A stretch of 64,000 bases of DNA from an uncultured Nostocoides sp. GTDB taxonomy: Bacteria > Actinomycetota > Actinomycetes > Actinomycetales > Dermatophilaceae. Of this stretch, positions 47,229-55,467 are shown in pieces (position 1 is the first letter of the stretch; each line of letters starts with the position of its first letter). Under the pieces are notes generated by a model. The model was not told where the DNA came from and did no database searches. It worked only from the letters and a program-made list of their open reading frames with translations. The position numbers and the translations under genes are program-made. The stretch lies in the NCBI GenBank assembly GCA_937907685.1, contig CALCXF010000017.1, forward strand, positions 10,448-74,447. The letters are read 5' to 3'.

Positions 47229-48539
47229 TCACGGCCGAGCGAGCTCGTGCCGCGCGATGACGACGAGTGAGGCCGTCCACGCGAGCGGCGCGACCGCGGC
47301 CGGGCGCCCGTCGTGGAGCACCTTCTCGGGGAACGACCCGGCATCCGTGCGATGGTCACCGAGCCAGCGGAGGAGGGACTCCGCCTTGGAGCGGTGCCCC
47401 GTGGCGGCCCAGGCAGCCGCGAACAGTGCCGTCTCCGGTGTCCAGCTGATCCCGTCCTCCTTCCACGCGGCACCGGGCGCGAGGCCGCCGGCCGGGCGCG
47501 ACAACGCCGCCTGGGCGCGCTCGATCGCGGTGAGGACCTCGACGTCGACCTTTGTGGGACCGATCGGGGCCACGAGGAACGTCACGGCGGCGTCGGCAGC
47601 CGAGCCGCCCAGCAGCCGCGGGTAGCCGTGCGGGCCGAACCGTCGACGAACCTCACCGGCCAGGAGGTCCGCGGCCGCGCCGGTGCGGTCGCGCAGGGCC
47701 ATCTCCCCGACGAACGGCAGGACGTCGGTCACGCTGCGCAGCCCGGCGAGGACGACAGCGGCCGTGCCGAGGGTGAGCACCTCCTCGACGAGCTCCCAGT
47801 AGTCCGACGACACCGGCGGCAGCGCCGTGGTGACGTCGAGCGAGGCCAGGAGCCGTCGCGCGCAGCGCACGAGCATGGGCCGCAGGGGCGCCAGCAGCTC
47901 GACCGCACGGTCGGGAACGGCAGCGGCGAGCTGGCTCGCGCCCCACGCGGCCCAGCCGGATCCGTCGAGCTGCGCCGCCCGGTCGTCCGGCGCCCGGTGG
48001 CTCCCGATGTCGTAGCGGGCCTCGAACCATCCGTCGGACCGCTGGACCCGCTGGAGGAATTCCAGCTGGGCCGCGGCGTGCTCGGGGTGCCCGGCTCGGG
48101 CGAGGGCCGAGGCGACGAAGGAGACGTCCCGGGGCCAGGCGTACCGCCACCGGTCGGTCCAGCCGGCGACGGAGACGGGGAGGCCGACCGAGAGCGCCCG
48201 GAGGTCCAGCAGTGCGGAGCGGAGGAGGTCGTCATCCGCGTCGAGGCCGCGTCGCACCCAGGGAGCGCAGACCTCGAGCCAACGGTCCTCGTCCTCGAGG
48301 AGCCGCCCGCTGTCGCGCCGGGCGGCGAGGACCCGTGTCCCCGGCACCACCGCGTCGAGCCGTCCGGCGGGGACCAGCTCGCGGACACCGGGGGCCGCGA
48401 ACGCCACCGTCTCGCTGTAGAGCGGCACCTCGGCGCGGCCCGTGCGGTACAGCGCGATGCCTCCCCCCGCTGCAACCGTCGCGAGCACCGCGCCGCCACC
48501 GAGCAGCGCCCGGCGGCGGGACACTGGCGTCGGGGGCAC
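47229..48539 (-). CDS. glycoside hydrolase family 15 (glucoamylase/glucodextranase-like) with Tat-type signal
   Basis: 436 aa. SRRRALLGGGAVLATVAAG is a twin-arginine signal. YAWPRDVSF, DGSGW, DYWE and the (alpha/alpha)6-like pattern suggest GH15. Confidence 0.7.
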   Translation of the reverse strand: MPPTPVSRRRALLGGGAVLATVAAGGGIALYRTGRAEVPLYSETVAFAAPGVRELVPAGRLDAVVPGTRVLAARRDSGRLLEDEDRWLEVCAPWVRRGLDADDDLLRSALLDLRALSVGLPVSVAGWTDRWRYAWPRDVSFVASALARAGHPEHAAAQLEFLQRVQRSDGWFEARYDIGSHRAPDDRAAQLDGSGWAAWGASQLAAAVPDRAVELLAPLRPMLVRCARRLLASLDVTTALPPVSSDYWELVEEVLTLGTAAVVLAGLRSVTDVLPFVGEMALRDRTGAAADLLAGEVRRRFGPHGYPRLLGGSAADAAVTFLVAPIGPTKVDVEVLTAIERAQAALSRPAGGLAPGAAWKEDGISWTPETALFAAAWAATGHRSKAESLLRWLGDHRTDAGSFPEKVLHDGRPAAVAPLAWTASLVVIARHELARP

Positions 48540-48708
48540 GATCGCACTGTATGCCGGGAGGCAGGTCGGCGTCCCGGCGCGCCCGTGAGCGGCATCACGC
48601 GGTGAGGGCCGTCATACGCCTCCGGCCACCCGTGGCCCGGCCGCTAGGTTCGCCGTGGTGTCCGCCGACAGAGCCCCACCCGCCTCCCGCCCAAAGGAGC
48701 ACGACCAC

Positions 48709-50049
48709 ATGGACCAGATCCTCGAGGCCATCCTCTCCGGCGACCGCTCGAGGCAGGCCTATGCCGGGATGCCGGTCCCCTCGACCTACCGCGCGGCGAC
48801 GGTTCACCGGGACGAGGTCGAGATGTTCTCGGGGGTCCCCACGCGGGACAAGGACCCGCGCCGCTCGATCCACGTCGAGGAGGTGCCGGTCCCGGAACTC
48901 GCGCCCGGCGAGGCCCTCGTCGCGGTCATGGCGAGCGCCATCAACTACAACACCGTGTGGACATCGATCTTCGAGCCGGTGCCGACCTTCGGCTTCCTCG
49001 AGCGCTATGCCCGCACGTCGGAGTTCGCCAAGCGCCACGACCTGCCCTACCACGTCGTCGGGTCCGACCTCGCGGGCGTCGTCCTGCGCGTGGGTCCCGG
49101 CGTGACCAAGTGGATGCCCGGGACCGAGGTCGTCGCGCACTGCCTCTCCGTCGAGCTCGAGGACGCCCAGGGCCACGACGACACGATGATGGACCCCCAG
49201 CAGCGCATCTGGGGCTTCGAGACGAACTTCGGGGGGCTCGCCGAGCTCGCGGTCGTCAAGGCCAACCAGCTCATGCCCAAGCCCACCCACCTGACGTGGG
49301 AGGAGGCGGCATCCCCCGGGCTGGTCAACAGCACGGCATACCGGCAGCTGATCTCGCGGAACGGCGCCCACATGAAGCTCGGTGACCGGGTGCTCATCTG
49401 GGGCGCGTCCGGAGGGCTGGGCTCGTACGCCACCCAGATGGCCCTCGCCGGCGGCGCCACCCCGGTCTGCGTCGTGTCGTCACCCGAGAAGGCGGACCTC
49501 TGCCGGGCCATGGGCGCCGAGCTCATCATCGACCGCTCCGCCGAGGGCTACCGGTTCTGGAACGAGGACGGCACCGCGCAGGACCCGTCCGAGTGGCAGC
49601 GGCTCGGCAAGCGGATCCGCGACCTCACCGGCGGGCACGACGTCGACATCGTCTTCGAGCATCCCGGTCGCGAGACCTTCGGCGCGAGCGTCTACGTCGC
49701 GCGCAAGGGCGGGACGATCGCCACCTGTGCCTCCACGTCGGGGTACCTCCACGAGTACGACAACCGCTACCTCTGGATGAACCTCAAGCGCATCGTGTCG
49801 AGCCACTTCGCGAACTACCGCGAGGCGTGGGAGGCCAACGAGCTCATCGACCGCGGCCTCATCCATCCCACGCTGAGCCGGACCTACCGGCTCGAGGACG
49901 TCGGCCAGGCCGCCCTCGACGTGCACCGGAACGCCCACTCGGGCAAGGTCGGGGTACTCACGCTCTCGCCGGAGGAGGGTCTCGGGGTCTCCGACGCGCA
50001 GAAGCGGGCGCCCTTCGAGGCGGCGATCAACCGGTTCCGCGACGCCTGA
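48709..50049 (+). CDS. ccr: crotonyl-CoA carboxylase/reductase
   Basis: ORF 48655..50049 trimmed to ATG 48709, with AAAGGAG 10 nt upstream. Motifs: VMASAINYNTVW, RIWGFETNFGGLAE, IWGASGGLGSYATQ, and the GKVGVL C-terminus as in Ccr proteins. Confidence 0.88.
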   Translation: MDQILEAILSGDRSRQAYAGMPVPSTYRAATVHRDEVEMFSGVPTRDKDPRRSIHVEEVPVPELAPGEALVAVMASAINYNTVWTSIFEPVPTFGFLERYARTSEFAKRHDLPYHVVGSDLAGVVLRVGPGVTKWMPGTEVVAHCLSVELEDAQGHDDTMMDPQQRIWGFETNFGGLAELAVVKANQLMPKPTHLTWEEAASPGLVNSTAYRQLISRNGAHMKLGDRVLIWGASGGLGSYATQMALAGGATPVCVVSSPEKADLCRAMGAELIIDRSAEGYRFWNEDGTAQDPSEWQRLGKRIRDLTGGHDVDIVFEHPGRETFGASVYVARKGGTIATCASTSGYLHEYDNRYLWMNLKRIVSSHFANYREAWEANELIDRGLIHPTLSRTYRLEDVGQAALDVHRNAHSGKVGVLTLSPEEGLGVSDAQKRAPFEAAINRFRDA

Positions 50050-50086
50050 GCAGCGACGCCACCCACCACTAGGGTGAGGGCCGGAG

Positions 50087-51400
50087 GTGGGCGTGGACAG
50101 GTCGAGACTGTACGGACCGGTGAACCGGTGGGCCGAGTTCCGGCGACGCCAGCGGGCTGCGCTGCAGGAGAGCAACCGGATCGCGGCCGTCCGGGAGGCG
50201 CAGGAGAACGGGCCGCTCACCGAGGAGCAACAGCACGCCGACGCGGAGTCGGCAGGCACCGACGGGCGGGCTCCGTTGGGCCCCGTGTCCGGGGGCCTCC
50301 CGGACACCGCCGACCGGCTCGGTCACGGCCAACAGACGCCGTACGGCGTCGTCGGCCGCCCCCTGAACCGCCACTCACCCTTCTACCTGGGCTTCTTCGG
50401 TGCCCTCGGAGCCGTGATCGCCATCGCCCTCTGGGGGCTGCTCGGGCGCCTGCAGACCACCCTGACCATCCTCGTGGTGTCGGTGTTCCTCACCCTGGCG
50501 CTGGACCCCGTCGTCCAGTGGATGACCGGGCGGGGGATGCGGCGACCGGGCGCGGTGGCGATCACCTTCGCCGGACTGCTCGCCGTCTTCGGGCTCATCG
50601 GGCTGGTCATCATCCCTCCGGTCGTCAGCGAGGGCTCCGAGCTGGCCGGCAACGCCCCCGACTACGCACAGCAGGTGCTCGACTCCCGCTGGGTCCGCCA
50701 GCTCGACCGGGACTACGACCTCGTGGGACGCGTCGAGGAGGAGGTGCGCAAGCGCGCCACCGACGAGGCCTTCATCTCCGGCGTGCTCGGGGGTGTGCTC
50801 GGGGCCGGCCGTGCCGTGATCAGCGGCGTGTTCCAGGTCTTCACGGTCCTCGTGCTCACGCTGTACTTCCTCACGACCCTCCCGCGGATGAAGCACGCCA
50901 CCTTCGCGACGGTGCCCGCCTCCCGCCGGCTGAGGGTGCGCACGCTGTCCGAGGAGATCATGCGACGGACCGGCTCGTACGCCCTCGGCCAGGTGGCCGT
51001 CGCGTCCATCAACGCGGTGCTGTCGTGGGTGATGATGACCGTGCTCGGCATCCCGTATGCCGCGGTGCTGGCCGTCGCGGTCGGCCTCCTCGGCCTCATC
51101 CCCATGGTCGGTGCCACGCTGGGGGCCTTCCTCGTGTGCCTCATCGCCTTGTTCACCGACCCCACCAAGGCGCTGGTCGCCGCCATCTACTACGTCGTCT
51201 ACCAGCAGCTCGAGAACTACGTCATCGCGCCGCGCATCATGCAGCGGACCGTCTCGGTTCCCGGGGCGGTGACCGTCGTGGCGGCCCTCATCGGCGGCAC
51301 GCTCTTCGGCGTCATCGGGGCTCTGCTCGCCATCCCGGTGGCAGCGGGCATGTTGCTCCTCTACGAGGAGGTCCTCGTCCCCCGCCAGGGCCGCGTCTGA
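50087..51400 (+). CDS. AI-2E family (PerM-like) transporter
   Basis: 437 aa. A charged N-terminal tail of about 110 aa is followed by 7-8 TM spans. The C-terminal part has the family-typical ...IPMVGATLGAF...YYVVYQQLENYVIAPRIM... segment. Confidence 0.8.
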   Translation: MGVDRSRLYGPVNRWAEFRRRQRAALQESNRIAAVREAQENGPLTEEQQHADAESAGTDGRAPLGPVSGGLPDTADRLGHGQQTPYGVVGRPLNRHSPFYLGFFGALGAVIAIALWGLLGRLQTTLTILVVSVFLTLALDPVVQWMTGRGMRRPGAVAITFAGLLAVFGLIGLVIIPPVVSEGSELAGNAPDYAQQVLDSRWVRQLDRDYDLVGRVEEEVRKRATDEAFISGVLGGVLGAGRAVISGVFQVFTVLVLTLYFLTTLPRMKHATFATVPASRRLRVRTLSEEIMRRTGSYALGQVAVASINAVLSWVMMTVLGIPYAAVLAVAVGLLGLIPMVGATLGAFLVCLIALFTDPTKALVAAIYYVVYQQLENYVIAPRIMQRTVSVPGAVTVVAALIGGTLFGVIGALLAIPVAAGMLLLYEEVLVPRQGRV

Positions 51401-51410
51401 CTCACCGCGG

Positions 51411-51716
51411 TCAGCGGCGGGTGCCGTGGCCCGGTGGTGTGGCGTGTCGCGTGCCCCAGCATCGGGCGTGCCAGTGGCGGCGGTCCTCCAGGCCGCCTGT
51501 TCCCTCGGCCGGCCACACGACGACGTGCGCCGTCCCCACGCGGATCTCCTGGTGGCAACCGGGGCACCGGTAGGCGCGCGTGGCGGACGCGCCGCTCAGC
51601 CGGCGCACGTACCAGGACCGGCCGGCATACGGCTCGGTCGTCACCTCGCTCGACGCCCCCAGCGGCCGGGCGTCGAGGTCCCGGCGGCGGCGGTTGGCTC
51701 GGGGCATGCGACCCAT
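51411..51716 (-). CDS. conserved actinobacterial hypothetical protein (putative Zn-binding, CPGC...HWH..CW)
   Basis: ORF 51411..52874 trimmed to ATG 51716 (MGRMPRANRRRRDL...; ATG 51707 is also possible). YRCPGCHQEI...RRHWHARCW matches a small protein I recall seeing widely in actinobacteria. Confidence 0.6.
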   Translation of the reverse strand: MGRMPRANRRRRDLDARPLGASSEVTTEPYAGRSWYVRRLSGASATRAYRCPGCHQEIRVGTAHVVVWPAEGTGGLEDRRHWHARCWGTRHATPPGHGTRR

Positions 51717-51748
51717 GGTCCCAGACGACGCACCGGCGCCTTCCGGCG

Positions 51749-54223
51749 TCAGGTGGTGACGCGGGTGCTCGTCGGGTCGTACATCGGCCGGAGCGAGACC
51801 CGAGCCGGATGCCGGGTGCCCGCCACGTCGACCTCCCACGTCCCGTCGTCGAGCCACTCCGTCGTCACCGGCCCGTGGCCTCCGACGAACGCCAGGCCGA
51901 CCGCACCCCCGAGCGTCCACCCGTAGGACGCGGAGCGCACGTAGCCGACGACGACGCCGTCGCGAAGCACCGGCTCGGCGTGGACCATGAGCGGCTCGGG
52001 GTCCTGGAGCAGCACCTGGACCAGCCGGTGGTGTGGGGTGCCCCGCTCCTTGGCGGCGAGGGTCGCCTCCCGCCCCGTGAAGCCGCCCGGCTTGTCCAGC
52101 GCGACGGCGAAGCCGAGGCCGACGCCATGGACGTCGTCGGTGTTGTCGATGTCGTGGCCGAAGTCGCGGTAGCCCTTCTCCATCCGCAGGCTGGAGAGCG
52201 CCTTGAGCCCGGCCGGTCGGATGCCGTGCTGCTCCCCGGCCTTCCGTACGGAGTCCCAGACGCTCGCCGTCTCGGCAGCGGGGACGTAGAGCTCCCAGCC
52301 GAGCTCGCCGAGGTACGTGATCCGGATCGCGAGGACCGGGATGCCGGCGAGGTCGAGCCGGCGTGCCGCACGGAACGGGAACGCCTCGCTCGACCAGTCG
52401 ACGTCGGGCGCCAGCGCCGCGAGGGTGGCCCGGGACGATGGGCCTTGGACGGTGAGCAGCCCGAGGTCGGTGGTGACGTCCTCGACGGTCGCCGAGGCCG
52501 CCCCCACGCCGCGGCGGAGCAACCCGAGGACGCGCCCGTGCGAGGTGTCCGAGGCCACGACGAGGAAGTCGTCGGCCGCGAGACGCGTCACCGTGAGGTC
52601 GGCCTCGATGCCACCACCGGCGTTCAGCCACTGCGTGTACGTGATGACGCCGTCGGCGCGGTTGACCGCACCGGCGCTGAGCCGGTCGAGCACCGCACCG
52701 GCATCCGGACCCCGAACGGCGAACTTCGCCATGAACGACATGTCCATCAGGCCGACCGCCTCGCGGACGGCCCTGTGCTCCGCCTCCCACTGGACGAACC
52801 ACGGTTGGGGCCCCCACCCCGGGGCGGCGACCGGGGTGACGCCGCGACCGGCATACCAGTCGGCGGACTCCCACCCGCTGACGTCTCGGAGCCGGGCACC
52901 CTCAGCCACCATCTCGTCGTGGACCGGTGAGCGGAACTCTCCACGGGCGGAGGTCAGCTCGACGCCGGGGACGTGGGCGGCATACACGGTGCCGAGGATC
53001 TCGGCGGTGCGTTCGGCACGGTGTCGGGGGTGGAGCTGCCAGGAGCGGAAGCGGGCGACGTCGAAGCCGGTGACGTCGACGTCCGGGCGACCGGTCGCCA
53101 CCCAGTGCGCGACGACCCGGCCCAGGCCGCCGGCGGAGAGGACCCCCACCGAGTTGAGGCCGGCGCACACGAAGTAGCCGTGGATGCCGGGCGCCTCACC
53201 GACTGCAGGGGCGAGGTCGGGGGTGAAGGACTCGGGGCCGCAGAAGAAGGTGCGGATGCCGACCGTCTCGACCACCGGCACCCTGGCGATGGCCCGCTCG
53301 ACGAACGGGCCCATGCGGTCCCAGTCGGGCGGGATGACACCGAACGAGAAGCCCGGCGGAATGCCGTCGACCCGCCATGCCGCGGCGACCGGCTCGAAGA
53401 GACCGACCATCATGCCGCCGCCCTCCTCGCGGTAGTACCCGAAGGAGGCCGGGTCCTCGAAGACGGGTGCGTCGGGGCTCATCCCGTCGATCTGCTCGGT
53501 GACGAGGTAGTAGTGCTCGGCCGCCTGGTTGGGAACGACGACGCCGTTGCGTTCGGCGAGCTCGCGCGCCCACATGCCGGCGCAGTTGACGACGACGTCG
53601 CACTCGACGTCACCCGCGTCGGTGCGCACCCCAGTGACCTCGTCGACCAGGCCGCGACCGCGGGTGAGGACCGACTCGACGCGCACCCCCTCGACGATGT
53701 GCACGCCCTTTGCCCGGGCGCCCCGGGCGAGGCTCATCGTGAGGTCGACGGGGTTGACCCGTCCGTCGCCGGGGACGTAGAAGCCGGCGAGCAGGTCGTC
53801 GGTACGCGCGAGGGGGAAGAGCTCGGCCATCTCCCCCGGGCCGATCTCCTCGACCTCCAGCCCGACGTGGCGCTGGAAGGCCGCTACGCGGCGATACTCC
53901 TCGAGGCGGTCGGTGTCTGCTGCAGCCTCGATGAGCCCGACCGGCTTGAAACCGGTCGCCACGCCGGTCTCGGCCTCCAGAGCGGCATAGAGCTCACGGG
54001 AGTCCAGGCGCAGCCGGGTGCTCGACTCGCTCGTGCTCCCGAAGCAGGTCATGAGGCCGGCGGCGTGCCATGTGGTGCCGGAGGTGAGGCGGTCCCGCTC
54101 GAGCACGAGGACGTCGGTCACCCCCAGGTGCGCGAGGTGGTAGGCGATGGAGGTGCCGATGACCCCGCCCCCGATGACGACGACCCGGGCGCGCTCCGGC
54201 AGTGACGGCGTGGAGCTGCTCAC
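51749..54223 (-). CDS. dimethylglycine/sarcosine dehydrogenase-like FAD oxidoreductase fused to GcvT-type aminomethyltransferase domain
   Basis: 824 aa. The N-terminal dinucleotide fold is VVVIGGGVIGTSIAYHLA. The central and C-terminal part has the folate-binding GcvT pattern (LMDMSFMAKFAVRGPDA, ITYLGELGWELY, SLRMEKGYR). Confidence 0.85.
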   Translation of the reverse strand: MSSSTPSLPERARVVVIGGGVIGTSIAYHLAHLGVTDVLVLERDRLTSGTTWHAAGLMTCFGSTSESSTRLRLDSRELYAALEAETGVATGFKPVGLIEAAADTDRLEEYRRVAAFQRHVGLEVEEIGPGEMAELFPLARTDDLLAGFYVPGDGRVNPVDLTMSLARGARAKGVHIVEGVRVESVLTRGRGLVDEVTGVRTDAGDVECDVVVNCAGMWARELAERNGVVVPNQAAEHYYLVTEQIDGMSPDAPVFEDPASFGYYREEGGGMMVGLFEPVAAAWRVDGIPPGFSFGVIPPDWDRMGPFVERAIARVPVVETVGIRTFFCGPESFTPDLAPAVGEAPGIHGYFVCAGLNSVGVLSAGGLGRVVAHWVATGRPDVDVTGFDVARFRSWQLHPRHRAERTAEILGTVYAAHVPGVELTSARGEFRSPVHDEMVAEGARLRDVSGWESADWYAGRGVTPVAAPGWGPQPWFVQWEAEHRAVREAVGLMDMSFMAKFAVRGPDAGAVLDRLSAGAVNRADGVITYTQWLNAGGGIEADLTVTRLAADDFLVVASDTSHGRVLGLLRRGVGAASATVEDVTTDLGLLTVQGPSSRATLAALAPDVDWSSEAFPFRAARRLDLAGIPVLAIRITYLGELGWELYVPAAETASVWDSVRKAGEQHGIRPAGLKALSSLRMEKGYRDFGHDIDNTDDVHGVGLGFAVALDKPGGFTGREATLAAKERGTPHHRLVQVLLQDPEPLMVHAEPVLRDGVVVGYVRSASYGWTLGGAVGLAFVGGHGPVTTEWLDDGTWEVDVAGTRHPARVSLRPMYDPTSTRVTT

Positions 54224-54283
54224 CCGGCCAACCTATCCGTCGGCCTCCCGAGAACTGTGGCCCATTTGACTCTCCCGGTCCCC

Positions 54284-54346
54284 GTCGAGATCAGGCAACA
54301 CGCACACGTGGCGGGGCACCGAGCCTGCGTGTTGCCTCATCTCGAC
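54284..54346. repeat. 63-bp palindromic repeat element (family copy 2)
   Basis: GTCGAGATCAGGCAACACGCA (54284-54304), 21-nt spacer, TGCGTGTTGCCTCATCTCGAC (54326-54346). 20 of 21 arm positions are complementary. It lies 66 bp upstream of the DUF559-type gene. Confidence 0.92.
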
Positions 54347-54411
54347 GCGCGAGGCCGCAGTCCTGTGGATGACGCCGGGGCGGGTGGCGCGGCTCCGGGC
54401 ACCCTCGATGG

Positions 54412-55359
54412 ATGCCGCCGCCCGAGCTACCGCCGCTCCCGCCGGGGCCCGTGTCACTGGGCGCGGCGCGGGAGCTCGGGCTCCGAGACCACCAGTGGCG
54501 CATGGCGTCGCTGCTCCGGCAGACGCAGACGGTGCGTGCACTGGCGGACGCGGCGACGACGACGGAGCGGGCCCGGGCGTTCGCCCTCGCGTTGCCCACC
54601 GACTGCGTGTTCTCGCACGTGAGCGCGGCCCAGATCTGGGGGATCCCGCTGCCGGCGCCGCTCGAGGACCAGGTGGCCCTCGACGTCATGCGTGCCACCG
54701 GGAAGGGGTGCATCGAGCGCGGCGGCTGCATCAGTCACCGGGGGAAGGAGCGTCGGGTGACGACGACGGTCCACGGCCTCCCCGTGACGTCACTCGCCGA
54801 CACGTGGGTCGACCTCGGCGAAGTCGTCGACCGTGGGCTCGGCCGGGACGACCTCGTGGTGGCCGGTGACGTCGTCGCCCGCCGCACCCCCGGCATCCAA
54901 CCGCGCTCGCCGGTGACGGATGCCGTGCAGCCGCTAGCGGATGCGCTGGCGGCGCGGGTTCGTCCCCGCCACAAGACGATGCTGATGACGGCCCTGTCCC
55001 TCGTGCGCGCCGGTGTCCGGTCTCCGATGGAGAGCAGGGCCCGCCTGATGTTCCACGACGCCCGGTTCCCTGAACCGGAGGTCAACGGACCGATACACGC
55101 CGACGACGGCGGGTGGCTGGCCGAGGGTGACCTCGTCTGGCGGGAGCAGCGGGTGGTCGGCGAGTACCAGGGCGCCGTCCACGCGGGGATCGCCGCACGC
55201 AGTCGCGATGCGCATCGCAGCGGCCTGCTCGGAGACGAAGGATGGACCGTCCTGGAGCTGTTCCGGGAGGACCTCGTCGATCGCGCACGGAGGACCACGA
55301 CCCTCCGGCGGTTCGCTCGCGCGCTGAACCTCGACCCCTCGACCCTGGTCATCACCTGA
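54412..55359 (+). CDS. DUF559/Vsr-like endonuclease-fold domain protein with N-terminal putative wHTH region
   Basis: 315 aa. FSHVSAAQIWGIPLP and the C-terminal block RSPMESRARLMFHDARFPEPEVNGPI...GDLVWREQRVVGEYQG match my memory of actinobacterial DUF559 proteins. The exact start is not verified. Confidence 0.7.
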   Translation: MPPPELPPLPPGPVSLGAARELGLRDHQWRMASLLRQTQTVRALADAATTTERARAFALALPTDCVFSHVSAAQIWGIPLPAPLEDQVALDVMRATGKGCIERGGCISHRGKERRVTTTVHGLPVTSLADTWVDLGEVVDRGLGRDDLVVAGDVVARRTPGIQPRSPVTDAVQPLADALAARVRPRHKTMLMTALSLVRAGVRSPMESRARLMFHDARFPEPEVNGPIHADDGGWLAEGDLVWREQRVVGEYQGAVHAGIAARSRDAHRSGLLGDEGWTVLELFREDLVDRARRTTTLRRFARALNLDPSTLVIT

Positions 55360-55366
55360 GGAACCT

Positions 55367-55428
55367 GTCGAGAGGAGGCAACACGCAGGCGGTGGCCCGG
55401 CTGCATCTGCGTGTTGCCTGATCTCGAC
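55367..55428. repeat. 62-bp palindromic repeat element (family copy 3)
   Basis: GTCGAGAGGAGGCAACACGCAG (55367-55388), 18-nt spacer, CTGCGTGTTGCCTGATCTCGAC (55407-55428). 20 of 22 arm positions are complementary. It starts 8 bp after the DUF559-type stop. Confidence 0.92.
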
Positions 55429-55467
55429 AGGCGCCGGGTCTGACGCAGAGGCCGGTGGGCGCCGTGC

